Source of the DNA: Tubiluchus corallicola
Taxonomy: Eukaryota; Animalia; Priapulida
Assembly (NCBI GenBank): GCA_030141605.1
Contig: JAQGDQ010000603.1
Coordinates: 1-64,000, forward strand
Length of the DNA stretch: 64,000 nucleotides
Reading direction: 5' to 3'
Positions 41,025 to 53,592 of this stretch are shown piece by piece. The notes below the pieces were generated by a model. That model was not told where the DNA came from. It ran no database searches and worked only from the letters and a program-made list of their open reading frames with translations. The translations under genes and the position numbers were made by a program. Position 1 is the stretch's first letter, and every line of letters begins with the position of its first letter.

Positions 41025-41479
41025 GTACATTATATGCGCATTCTAATTACAGGTTTTCTGAAACCCGTGAAATACAGATCACGGTTATCTACACTGAGGC
41101 CTAGCAGGAAAGTAGTATGTTCAGTTTGGCTCCACGCCAGGTTTCTGCGATAAATTGTTGGCAGACAAACGACTCATAGCCAAATGGACACGACTACTCA
41201 GTTTGAAATCTTAAGATGATTAGACGAATAAAAAAGCAAAAATTAGCTGTTATTTTTTACAAGCAAATCGCCCCAAACAAGCCTATCGGCAAGAGGCTGC
41301 AGTAAAAACACGAAAATACGAAAACAGATCCAGCAAAAGAGAATTTTTATACATGTAACAAATTTGCTAGTGATGGCTAGGAGGTATTTTGGCTTTTGGC
41401 AATGGAAAAACGATGGAACAAAAATTGCTGGACATCAGTAAGTGTTTTATTAAACGTATTTAAAGTTTTTTTCCATCAG

Positions 41480-41645
41480 GTTTACGAGGACAGGAACTTC
41501 AAAAGTGAACTGCTGCATACTTTTAGCGGTGATATATTTCGGCCACCACCCATCCAGTCTACGTCCGGTTTCCTTCAAATCATCTACAACAGCAACAACA
41601 TCGCCGGTTACACTGGATTCAAAGCTTCTTACACGCATGTATCAG
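41480..41645 (+). CDS. receptor B exon 5: CUB2 C-half
   Basis: CCATCAG / GTACAA, phase 0-1; VYED..HTFSG..IQSTSGFLQIIYNS..TGFKASY. Confidence 0.9.
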
Positions 41646-41739
41646 GTACAATGTCCAGTGTAATAACTTGCATCCATCTTCAGTGGATGTCAGTCAATTA
41701 AAGAACTTTGTGAGTATAATTTCAACTCACAGCTGTTAA

Positions 41740-42180
41740 AGGACAAGAAAAGGGGCACCTGAAGTAGGTTTCAGAAAAATCGCCTTAAAAATTATTTTAC
41801 TCTATAGCAATTTTATGCATATATCTTACTGGCACTGAAAGGAATTTTTGTTTGTTTTCATTTTGAATCTCCCGCAATACTGTTCAGACCGCGAAAAAAC
41901 ATGACGTCATGTACCAGACGTAAATTAAGGGAAGAAAAGGCAATGTTAAATTATGTCTCAAAAGACTTTCGTGCAAATTATATTACGTATATTATAATAC
42001 GTATTTTAATCTTATTGACAAGATACAGTAATTTTAAATTTTATTTAGTTAGTGACTTGCGCGCTACGAATGCTCTGATTACTTTTTCAAACTTTACAAA
42101 ATGTTATCTAAACTTGTTTCAAATGACCTGTCGTGAAAATGGCTGCGTCTAACGGTCATCGCGGGAGTTTGATCTTAACT
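41740..42180 (+). mobile_element. element family 3, partial copy
   Basis: Same 5' end as 20127; 42000-42180 is the reverse complement of ~56660-56830. Confidence 0.7.
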
Positions 42181-42335
42181 ATTATATAGATAAGATGAAT
42201 GTAAAACACCTATTAATTCATTAGTTTTGTCAATTAAATTTTCGCAAATTTTGTGCTCTTTTAAGCCATACAATCTCCGTTTTGGTCTTAATAAGTCTAC
42301 ACTAACACGATCTCACCTTTTTCTTTTATTAATTA

Positions 42336-42861
42336 CAGTGGCGGCTCGTGTATAGGTACTGTGTTACTGCAGCACCCCCTGTTTTCACTCATTATTATCA
42401 ATAATATTCAATATAATAATGTTTTTTCTTTAGTTCTTTCTTTATAGTTGTGCGGAACTTGAGCACGTGAGGGAAGTACAATTTGCTTCACAGCCCAAGC
42501 AGAGCGGTGTTTGGCTGCAGTGCGCATGCGGCCGTGCGCACATGTCTGAGATAAGGCACTGTGTACTTTATGTAGAAAGAGTACTGTCGCTCACTGCAGT
42601 ACGTGTTGTCAGTTGTCGCGTGCTTAGAAGCCGTGTATCGGCATATTTCTGAATTGCGTCAATTTAACCTATTCGTATGAAAACAATATTTTTTGTTTAG
42701 GATTTTATCAAGTTTATGTTTACATTAGTTTGTTTGTCTAAAATTACAATTACAACATTATAATATACATTTTTGTTTCGTTTTACACAGTATTAAAACA
42801 ATGGCTAAAAATTATTTAATATTGCAGCTCCCCCACTAATTTTAGCTACGAGCCGCCACTG
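42336..42861. mobile_element. hAT-like MITE
   Basis: TIR CAGTGGCGGCTCGT..ACGAGCCGCCACTG; 8-bp flanks ATTAATTA / ATTGGTTA (degenerate TSD). Confidence 0.8.
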
Positions 42862-42981
42862 ATTGGTTATTTCAAATATGTGAAATATTGATCTCTTATG
42901 ACTCAAAGCTAAGCTCATATTTGAGGTAGTTATATTATTTGTGCCTGAATGCTTCTCAGATGAGAGGAAGATAAATCTTAG

Positions 42982-43262
<281 letters not shown>

Positions 43263-43429
43263 GTAATTTTTTGCGACGCGCCTTTTTATAGTTGAAGCTG
43301 CATTCATTGTTTGTACAACACATGTTGCAGCATTGTTGCTATAACTTACAAAATTGTTAGTGAAGATTTTAACAATGTAAAATTATTCATTCTTTCGGCA
43401 TTCTAAGATCTTTTTTTACATTTTTTCAG

Positions 43430-43459
43430 GACAGTCATGGGCAACAAAACCACACTCGG
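43430..43459 (+). CDS. receptor B exon 6: 30-bp linker micro-exon
   Basis: Long pyrimidine tract plus CAG acceptor and a perfect GTAAGT donor; phase 1-1; GQSWATKPHS. Confidence 0.65.
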
Positions 43460-44077
43460 GTAAGTATAACAGCTCAGGCAAAAGTATTTTGGGCAATTTT
43501 TAATAACTTTAGATCTTTTAAGAAGCATAAAAGTTTGGTTATCTTTTAAAACCAATTTCATATCTAAAAATGCATTAACTAAAGACTAAACAATTGTTGT
43601 TCAAAAAAACTACTGCATATTCAACTTATCTACATACCAATTTATCCATATTAAAACATAAAAAACAGTCGCTTTGACAGTTTGCTTTGACAGTTGATGA
43701 TTTCCTAACGAAGTGAAATTTTAATTTTATTATAATTTTTGTCAGCAATTCTCTTCGCTTAGTCTGCACTCGTTTTAATGATTTAACACAGCCAAATACT
43801 ATGTACTGTAGCGAAGGTGTCATGTCCTGGCGGGCAAAATGTGAAACGCAGTGATTTGCATCTTAAATAAAACACATATTTTTCTTATTCCGCCTATATA
43901 AAATACATATTTTCTTTTTGTATATTGAGTGGCAAAATTTGGGGGTCTGTAAACCGTATATGCAGCACAGTGTTTGAAAGAAAAAAATTCAGTGATTTGC
44001 ATCATGCAAAATACATACTTCTTGTGTACATTGAAATTCTTCTCAAAACTTAAATAAAATTTACTGTCAATTTTCAG

Positions 44078-44245
44078 ATAACTGCCAAGGGGAAATCAAG
44101 TCAGTGGGTGGATATCTCTCAAAACCCAGGGATCACGAGGGAAAGACAGTTGGTTATTTTGACTGCTTGTGGATACTGAGGAAAATGAAGGAGGACAACA
44201 TGCTTTATATAAAAGTGGAGAACTTTTACATTCAAAATAGAGATG
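44078..44245 (+). CDS. receptor B exon 7: CUB3 N-half
   Basis: TTTTCAG / GTAAAT, phase 1-1; DNCQGEIKSVGGYLSKP..FDCLWIL..LYIKVENF. Confidence 0.87.
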
Positions 44246-44876
44246 GTAAATCGAGTCCTATATTTTTTTTATAAATATTGTACTAGATCTATAAACAATT
44301 CAATGGTTTTAATAGCATTTGATGTATAACTATTGATGGCTATTTGATTGTGATACATACATACATAATATATGTATATATATACACATAATATATATAT
44401 TATATATATTTTATTTGCATATATATATATATGGATGCATTTTTTTAAATCGATATTTATTGAAAATAACGACTGCACCCATCTTGAATATTTTTTACTC
44501 GTGATATATTTTAGCGACATTTACGTAGCCTGAAGTAATCTTATTGCAAATTCTATTTAACAAGCTAGAATAGCTATCCTTTGTCAGTAAAAAATATTCT
44601 TTAAGAAATACTGCACCACTATTTTACTATTTATTGCGAACCAAAATAGCGCATGTATATTTCATCACATACACAGTGAAAAAATAGATTTTTTACCAAG
44701 TGTTACCAAAGCTTGAGCCCCCCCCCCCCAAGCTTGATGGGCCTTAGGCTACAGCCTATACTAGCCTACGGGATAATCTGGCCCTGGGCATGTGATAGTT
44801 AATACAACCACGAACGCTTCAGCTTATTGGATTTTTGTATTTATACTCAAGTATTTCGACTATAATGTGATTTTAG

Positions 44877-45083
44877 ATGGAGATTTGTACAACCTGGAAA
44901 TTCGTGATGGTGATAACTCGGAATCTGAATTACTAGCGCAACTTGGTGGTACCTCTGATGAGATCTACCATCTACCGTATTCAGGATTCACGTCTGCAGA
45001 TAGTTTCTATGTCCGACTTCAGACGAAGTTTAATGTCTCAGATGATCTCCAAATTGCATTCTCTGAGTTTTCAAATAAAAACG
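44877..45083 (+). CDS. receptor B exon 8: CUB3 C-half
   Basis: TTTTAG / GTCAGT, phase 1-1; LEIRDGDNSESELLAQL..SFYVRL..IAFSEF. Confidence 0.87.
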
Positions 45084-45276
45084 GTCAGTATCTAAAAATA
45101 TTTGCTGTTTACTGTTCACACAATCAATAATAATTTAATTAGACATTCCAGTTTATTTTTTTTTGTTTGTTTCTACGTAGGTTTCACTATTTCTTTAACA
45201 AAAGCGACTAAAAATAGAAGAAATTGAATGAAATTCGAAGTTTCTGATAAAGTCGACCAGAATGGATTGTAAAGCT

Positions 45277-45480
45277 AAACCTCTTGTCTTATACTGTAAA
45301 CCTCTGTCTTATACTGTAAACCTCTGTCTTATACTGTAAACCTCTGTCTTATACTGTAAACCTCTGTCTTATACTGTAAACCTCTGTCTTATACTGTAAA
45401 CCTCTGTCTTATACTGTAAACCTCTGTCTTATACTGTAAACCTCCGTCTTATACTGTAAACCTCTGTCTTATACAGCAAA
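45277..45480. repeat. 20-bp minisatellite, ~10 copies, followed by pogo-like element remnants to ~46104
   Basis: Unit CCTCTGTCTTATACTGTAAA; downstream TACAGCAAACTCCGCGTAACTC and CGAGGTTGATTGTA resemble pogo/Tc1 termini. Confidence 0.9.
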
Positions 45481-46126
45481 CTCCGCGTAACTCAAAATTG
45501 CATAACTCAAATTTTCGCCTAACTCAAAGCATTTCAGCGGAACAGATGAAATCTTTCGTTTTTCCTACAAAAACATCGCTTAACTCAAAATTTCCTAACT
45601 TGAATAAAAAATTATGGTCATTTAATAAAAATACATGTAATTCACTTCGCCTAACTAAAAATGCAATTTATACTCTAGAAAAATAAAAAGTTTCATACAA
45701 CTCAAAAAAGTATCGTCTTCCAGATATAACGGATGTAAGGGACTTTCGGTTATAACGGACGATATCTTCAGATCCTGCGTAATAGGTCCTAGGTAAATTA
45801 CCTCGCATATAAGGGACCCTATTATCAAACCGAAATTGATCGATTTCTGACCTCAATTTTTCGCAAACTTTTGAAACAGCTCGGTTTTCGCAGTCACGTA
45901 CATCTCGCATCACTGAAGGAGCTTCCTACATACTGTATGCACTGAATGTGCAGTCATAATCCATAAAAAGAAGAGTAAAAGTACAGAAAAATACAGGTTT
46001 AGATACGCCCTCGGTCTGGCTCAACTTCGGCTATAAGGGACATCGGATATAAGGGACGATTTATTCCGGTCCGGAGGTGTCCCTTATATTCGAGGTTGAT
46101 TGTATGACAAGATGTCTGCCAGCTGC

Positions 46127-46302
46127 GATCTGGGTAAGAAAATTGTAATTCACTACGTCACAAGTGCAACATATAACAAACATAGGTGACCTATCTAAGC
46201 TACTAAGATAGTAAGTCACCAACACAAATGATAATCAAATAATCAAGGTGAGGCCTAAAATAAACGTGCACTAACCATGAATTAGCAAGAGAGAGAGAGA
46301 GA
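46127..46302 (+). repeat. second copy of the GA-tailed interspersed repeat
   Basis: Matches 4467-4620; short (GA)n tail. Confidence 0.8.
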
Positions 46303-46778
46303 AAACTCTCACAATTTGTCATATTAGGCATTTAGTATAGATAAGCTGATATAGGTATATATATATAGTAGACATAGATATGTGACGCCTGGGGCTACAA
46401 AGTAAATATTTTCTTGACATGGGAATAAACCAGCTGCTAAAAAGCTGTAAGTTCGAGGCTAGGGTTCTAAAACTTACAAGACCAATGTAAATGTCTATCA
46501 GTCATTTAAAATGTTACAATGTATATATAGTGTAAAATATGTCGTGTAAAATTTAATGTACTTTTGTATTATTGTTTTGTAAAAATATTTTAATATGGTG
46601 TTTGTAAATATGTTCATTTATTGTATACAATTAGACCTTAGTTTTGCACTTTAGTTTTTTTAGTATGCACTGGACGCATTTGTCTTGAACAGTGTTGTTA
46701 TTTTAACATTACGCTGAGGCTTACTCAGTTTTATTATAATGAGTGAACCATTTTAATGACAAATAAAGAAGTAATATA

Positions 46779-47233
46779 CCGTATTTTCCCGTGTATAAGA
46801 GACCCCTTTTTGCTCAGAATTTTCACTTTAAAAATAGGGGGTCTCTTATACATGGGAGTAAGTCTTTTCAATAAGATGCATAAATTGTGACACTAATGAT
46901 TTTAAAGAAATAAGTGCTCTACAACTGTTTTGCGTGTCGCGTTCGACTATGAAGCGGTTGTAAGCAATACAAGCATCGTGACACAGGCATTATCTCCTCG
47001 TTTTCTCTTTTCCTGTTACAGGTTTGCAGGTACGCACTTTAATATATACCAGTACTCTTTTTCTACAACACATTAACTGGTTTTATTTTGTTTTCAGTAC
47101 CGCACTGAGTTGAAAAAAGTTGTACTTTACCCTCTAAAAATGTCCGTCTGAAAAAACTTTTTTCCAGAATTTTTGCCTAAAAATTGAAGGGGTCTCTTAT
47201 ACACAAGGGTCTCTTATACACGGGAAAATACGG
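46779..47233. mobile_element. Tc1/mariner-superfamily (CCGTA-ended) MITE
   Basis: Perfect 27-bp TIR CCGTATTTTCCCGTGTATAAGAGACCC; TA on the left flank only. Confidence 0.87.
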
Positions 47234-47586
47234 ATTTCCTTGTAGGTAAATCATTGTTATATTTTGCCAATCGAAAGTGACGTAAGTCGAGGCAAAGAGG
47301 GACAGTTTAAAAGCTCAAGATAGATAACTCTTAAGCGAGCTTAAGGCTTGCATTGTACGTGTGTTTTAAGGAGTTCAATTGTAAACAGGATAGTGGACAC
47401 TGGAAAGTGCCTTTTGCTGCTCAACCCTATTATCCCGTTCTGTCCTTTTAGTCCCACTGTGCCCCAATTTCGATTTTTTTAAATGCTTGTTATGTTTTAA
47501 AATCGAAAGTTTAATTGTGTTTGAGGGATCAACAGTAAAAGCGCAGCCAGAGTAAAGTCTGTTGGCAAGTAACTGTGTAAAGAAGA

Positions 47587-47873
47587 GTTATTCCTTAACC
47601 GTCTCTTTATGCACCTCATTCTATGGTGTTATTCCTTAACCGTCTCTTTATGCACCTCATTCTATGGTGTTATTCCTTAACCGTCTCTTTATGCACCTCA
47701 TTCTATGGTGTTATTCCTTAACCGTCTCTTTATGCACCTCATTCTATGGTGTTATTCCTTAACCGTCTCTTTATGCACCTCATTCTATGGTGTTATTCCT
47801 TAACCGTCTCTTTATGCACCCCATTCTATGGTGTTATTCCTTAACCGTCTCTTTATGCACCTCATTCTATGGT
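47587..47873. repeat. 41-bp minisatellite, 7 near-identical copies
   Basis: Unit GTTATTCCTTAACCGTCTCTTTATGCACCTCATTCTATGGT. Confidence 0.95.
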
Positions 47874-48039
47874 TAATTAAAAAAATTAGGCTTCATTTAT
47901 TTTTGATTCAACACAGCGTTATTTTTTAAAATGTCTTTGTATATCGATTTTTTGAGATATGGCGGCCATCTTCTTTCACATGGCAAGATTTATCTCAAGT
48001 AATTATTTACTATAATGGTTCGGTTCTTTGCTTTTTTAG

Positions 48040-48153
48040 AACCTGACAGCTATGGATGTCTGAACGGCCATTTTATCAGCTTCAGTTTAGTTTGCGATGG
48101 ACATGACCACTGTGGAGACTGGTCAGATGAAACGTTGCCATACTGTCCAAAAA
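48040..48153 (+). CDS. receptor B exon 9: 4-Cys LDLa repeat
   Basis: TTTTTAG / GTAAGA, phase 1-1; YGCLNGHFISFSLVCDGHDHCGDWSDETLPYC. Confidence 0.9.
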
Positions 48154-48800
48154 GTAAGATTTAAGTATACGGACTGTATGGTTATGGTTCAATCTTGCAA
48201 ATTTGTGAATGAGTGTAAATTGTAATGAATGTGAAATTTGTGAATTGATCACAAACTGCAAAAAATACAATTACTACTAAAGTAGCAATCCAGGAAAACA
48301 GTGAACCGCTTAATGTAACAAACTTGTGATAACAGAAGATTACATTAAATTCTATTTAAGTCTCAGCCATTCCTCTAACTTATAAGATCCAGCCGGTGAG
48401 TACTGGTCCAAATTTTTATCCGCGAGCAACAATCAAGGAGATTCCATACGTTGATTTATTGTCAGGCATCGAGTTTTGTTAAGCATTCACTGTGAGTTCA
48501 TGTTAACTTGCAAGTGTAAAGGGCTACCGTCACAAAACTTGCAGGTTAGACACCATGGGTAAGGGGGATCACACAATTGTATTGTTGTAGAAACTGGGAT
48601 TGTTTAAGGGCCCAGGATAGGAGCCAAAATGTGAAAATTAGAGCAAACTGCTCACTCATATGAGAGCAATCCGCACAAGGCACAGTTAAGCGATAAACAC
48701 AGTAATGCTTGCAGATTTAGAAATTTAGATCTGAAATCATTCTATCTTGTTCTATTACGAAAGTAAAAATTCATTTAGTGTGCCACTGATTTTGTTTTAG

Positions 48801-48995
48801 TACCGATACCACCAACACCAACAACCAGTGATGAAGGAAACTATGATGGATTTTACTACTTTGGAATTTTTGCTGTGGGCTTGTTGACAGCCGGTATTGT
48901 CTTGTCGCTAGTAGCAAGTGTCTTCATGAAGGTCAGAAAGCGTAACAGAGACTCAAGTCGAAGGAGCTCAGTGCCAACGGTGTCAGAAAGCTTGG
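48801..48995 (+). CDS. receptor B exon 10: TM helix
   Basis: GTTTTAG / GTACGT, phase 1-1; Pro/Thr stalk, FYYFGIFAVGLLTAGIVLSLVASVFM, then KVRKR stop-transfer. Confidence 0.88.
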
Positions 48996-49171
48996 GTACG
49001 TACATTCATGTGGCTTAGTTAGGCCCTGTGCTCAAGAAAAATATATGTTAAACAGATTTGAGCGCTTTATGTTTCACTGCCTGAGCAAATTGCATAGTTT
49101 TCAAGTGATGCGTTGATGTGCAACTGTAACAAGATATAAATCCTTCAAGCAAAACATGAAGCCATTTTAAC

Positions 49172-49678
49172 TTCTTCTTCTTCTTCTTCCCAGCTTTTCC
49201 CTATTCGGGGTCGCCATTGTGAATGAGTCTTCTCCACGCAGTCCTGTTGTTGACCATCTCTTCATTTATGTCTTCCCTTCCCACATGATCTTCACCGACT
49301 CTTCTTTTCAGGTGTCCATACCATCGCAATCTTGCGAGACTTCCACTACTTTTACTGTTCCTCTGATATTATTATTTCTAACTTTATCTCTTCTTGTTAT
49401 TCCCACCATTCATCTCAACATCCTCATCTCCACCACACCCATTTTCTTCTCTTCGGTCTTCTTTAGAGAAGCTGCTTCCAGTCCATAGATTAGAGCGGGT
49501 CTGACCACTTCTTTGTGGACTTTACCTTTAAGTCTCACCGACTCATTCATAGAAGGTTTTGGCGCAGTTTTTACAGGCGGATGCCCTTCCTGACCCTAAC
49601 CCTCCCTATTTATCCGGGCTTGGGACCGGCACTGAGTTGGGCTGGCTTGCCCCCCCCCCTCTCCAGTGGCTAGGTTAC
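49172..49678 (-). mobile_element. bipartite non-autonomous RTE-clade retroelement with TSD
   Basis: TSD GAAGCCATTTT(A/T)AC at 49158-49171 and 49679-49692. RTE 5'UTR motif CCGGTCCCAAGCCCGGATAAA..GGAGGGTT joined to the RTE ORF end ([28 protein letters not shown]) and a (GAA)n tail. Confidence 0.85.
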
Positions 49679-49960
49679 GAAGCCATTTTTACATCTAGAA
49701 CAAAATTTCCTGAATATCGTGCCTCAGCCAGAAGAAAATTAGTAGAAGTAGTAACACATTGATAACTTCTGCCCTGAAGGACATCATCCATTACTAAGGA
49801 CTTAGCTGAATTAATAATAATCCACGCCCAACCTGTTCAGCAGTGACAGCATGAGGAAATCTGCAATGCATCATGCAAACTAAAGTGTTCCCATTGCGTA
49901 TCCAGTTAACTCAATAAGAAAATCGCAAAATCTGTGTTATTAATGAACAAAACATTTCAG

Positions 49961-51090
49961 ATACAAGAGAAGGCCAAAATGAAGAAGATCAAATACGCAC
50001 TGTCAATGGGAACATCTGGTTGCCAGATTTTCCACCTTCATATGACGATACTATGAGGAATCATGGGATATCAATGGAAATGACCAGAATGCAACACTCA
50101 AACCCACCACCTCAATACGGCCAGACTCTAATGACTTCTAATGAATTTCAGGCAGCTAGCAATACTTCAGCAGTTCATCATTTGAATGAGCAAAATGATA
50201 TGCTTACATCAAATGAGCACAACAGAAGTAATAATGTGGAAGTGGGATATTGTAATCCAGTTTATGAATCAGAAGATGACAGCAACGACACAGATGCAGC
50301 TATTCAAGCAGATATAGTTGTGTCTACGAGCAACGGTGCTAGAAATGCTCTTGTAGTACAATCTTCAGCACTGCACTTTACAACACTACAGTGTAGGCAG
50401 TGCTTGAATAGTAACAACCGTTTTTGTGACCCTTGTTGTGCAACAATGATGATGGAAGCAGCTGCTGAGAGCCGCCATGTTGCAAGAGAACGCCACGGGG
50501 TGAAGCGCCCTCACGTAACTGATTCTAGCAGTGATGAAGCAAGTAATTACATCCGCATGAGGAATACGGGATCGTCTATTGTACATAATGGTCAGCAGCA
50601 CGATTCCACAATAACTAATCGTGAAGGGCACACCTCAGATGATCCTAGGTCAAGTGGATCAATAGGCGATCTACTGCCTGTCAATAACAGACATAAAATT
50701 GAATTGCGGAGCCGACGACAAGCATTTTCTATCAGTTCTGCAACATCATCTAGTAGTGATGATGACCTGCAGAGGCTCCGAGGATGTTTACCTGTACAAG
50801 AACAACTTTTTCTACCAAACACGAGATTTCCAGCATCAGTTGTGTCTCCTTTAAATGGCAGGTTTTCAACCTCAACTGTCTCTTCTTTAACTGCTCCAAG
50901 TAGCAATCCATCCTACAGAAGTTCCACGGAAACTCTAACTTCAGAAGACAATGTCGTACCAGGAGAACCAGCTGGGGTTCACGGGAATGTCATCTTATTG
51001 AGAGATAACACGGATGCTAACGAACAAATCCAACTGTGTTCCGAAAGCGAAATGCCACAATGCATTCCCATAAATGAATGTGAAGTATGA
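49961..51090 (+). CDS. receptor B exon 11: long cytoplasmic tail (PPSY, PPQY, NPVY)
   Basis: ATTTCAG acceptor, phase 1, in frame with the 356-aa ORF to TGA. Joined CDS ~2637 nt (~878 aa). Confidence 0.88.
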
Positions 51091-51265
51091 CTAAACAAAG
51101 ATACTGTGTCATTGTAGACTAGTAGTAGCAAGAAATATCATCATTTAGTTATAGGGTTTTAAGTGAAACATATGTTGATGTAAATATTTGATTTTCAATT
51201 TGTTATTGGTTTATGTTAAACCTGGACCAGGCTAGAGGTAATGTCGTTACACAAATGCTTACTAC

Positions 51266-53592
51266 CTAACTTTTAAAACAATTGTGCGGCTTGCACTAAC
51301 TTTTAAAACAATTGTGTGGCATGCATGAGAATGCTTGCACTAACTTTTAAACCAATTTTTGGGCTGGCATGAGAATGACTTGCACTAACTTTTAAAACAA
51401 TTGTGTGGCTTGCACTAACTTTTAAAACAATTGTGTGGCTTGCATGAGAAGGGCTTGCACTAACTTTTAAAACAATCGTGTGGCTTGCATGAGAATGGCT
51501 TGCACTAACTTTTAAAACAATTGTGTGGCTTGCATGAGAATGGGTTGCACTAACTTTTAAAACAATTGTGTGGCTTGCATGAGAATGGGTTGCACAACTT
51601 TTAAAACAATTGTGTGGCTTGCACTAACTTTTAAAACAATTGTGTGGCTGGCATGATAATGACTTGCACAAACTTTTAAAACAATTGTGTGGCTTGCACT
51701 AACTTTTAAAACAATTGTGTGGCTTGCATGAGAAGGGCTTGCACTAACTTTTAAAACAGTCGTGTGGCTTGCATGAGAATGGCTTGCACTAATTTTTAAA
51801 ATAATTGTGTGGCTTGCGTGAGAATGGCTTGCACTAACTTTTAAAACAATTGTGTGGCTTGCATGAGAATGACTTGCACTAACTTTTAAAACAATTGTGT
51901 GGCTTGCACTAGCTTTTAAAACAATTGTGTGGCTTGAACTAACATTTAAAACAATTGTGTGGGTTGCATGAGAATGGCTTGCACTAACTTTTAAAACAAT
52001 TGTGTGGCTTGCACTAACTTTTAAAACAATTGTGTGGGTTGCATGAGAATGGCTTGCACAACTTGTAAAACAATTGTGTGGCTTGCATGAGAATAACTTG
52101 CACTAAGTTTTAAAACAATTGTGTGGCTTGCGTGAGAATGGCTTGCACTAACTTTTAAAACAGTCGTGTGGCTTGCATGAGAATGGCTTGCACTAATTTT
52201 TAAAACAATTGTGTGGCTTGCACTAACTTTTAAAACAATTGTGTGGCTTGCATGAGAAGGGCTTGCACTAACTTTTAAAACAGTCGTGTGGCTTGCATGA
52301 GAATGGCTTGCACTAATTTTTAAAACAATTGTGTGGCTTGCGTGAGAATGGGTTGCACTAACTTTTAAAACAATTGTGTGGCTTGCATGAGAATGGCTTG
52401 CACTAACTTCTAAAACAATTGTGTGGCTTGCACTAACTTTTAAAACAATTGTGTGGCTTGAACTAACTTTTAAAACAATTGTGTGGGTTGCATGAGAATG
52501 GCTTGCACTAACTTTTAAAACAATTGTGTGGCTTGCATGAGAATGGCTTGCACTAACTTTTAAAACAGTCGTGTGGCTTGCATGAGAATGGCTTGCACTA
52601 ATTTTTAAAACAATTGTGTGGCTTGCACTGACTTTTAAAACAATTGTGTGGCTTGCATGAGAAGGGCTTGCACTAACTTTTAAAACAGTCGTGTGGCTTG
52701 CATGAGAAGGGCTTGCACTAACTTTTAAAACAGTCGTGTGGCTTGCACTAATTTTTAAAACAATTGTGTGGCTTGCGTGAGAATGGGTTGCACTAACTTT
52801 TAAAACAATTGTGTGGCTTGCATGAGAATGGCTTGCACTAACTTTTAAAACAATTGTGTGGCTTGCACTAACTTTTAAAACAATTGTGTGGCTTGCACTA
52901 ACTTTTAAAACAATTGTGTGGCTTGCACTAACTTTTAAAACAATTGTGTGGCTTGCATGAGAATGGGTTGCACAACTTTTAAAACAATTGTGTGGCTTGC
53001 ATGAGAATAACTTGCACTAAGTTTTAAAACAATTGTGTGGCTTGCATGAGAATGACTTGCACTAACTTTTAAAACAATTGTGTGGCTTGCATGAGAAGGG
53101 CTTGCACTAACTTTTAAAACAGTCGTGTGGCTTGCATGAGAATGGCTTGCACTAATTTTTAAAATAATTGTGTGGCTTGCGTGAGAATGGGTTGCACTAA
53201 CTTTTAAAACAATTGTGTGGCTTGCATGAGAATGGCTTGCACTAACTTTTAAAACAATTGTGTGGCTTGCACTAACTTTTAAAACAATTGTGTGGCTTGA
53301 ACTAACTTTTAAAACAATTGTGTGGGTTGCACGAGAATGGCTTGCACTAACTTTTAAAACAATTGTGTGGCTTGCACTAACTTTTAAAACAATTGTGTGG
53401 GTTGCATGAGAATGGCTTGCACAACTTGTAAAACAATTGTGTGGCTTGCATGAGAATAACTTGCACTAAGTTTTAAAACAATTGTGTGGCTTGCATGAGA
53501 ATGGCTTGCACTAACTTTTAAAACAATTGTGTGGCTTGCATGAGAATGGCTTGCACTAACTTTTAAAACAATTGTGTGGCTTGCATGAGAAT
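51266..53592. repeat. 2.3-kb satellite of interspersed 30-bp and 45-bp units
   Basis: 30-bp GCACTAACTTTTAAAACAATTGTGTGGCTT, with or without a 15-bp GCATGAGAATGGCTT. Confidence 0.97.

Noticed and set aside
51266-53592. CRISPR-like look (30-bp repeat with optional intervening segment)
   Set aside because: The intervening 15-mers are near-identical rather than unique spacers, there are no cas genes, and the context is eukaryotic.
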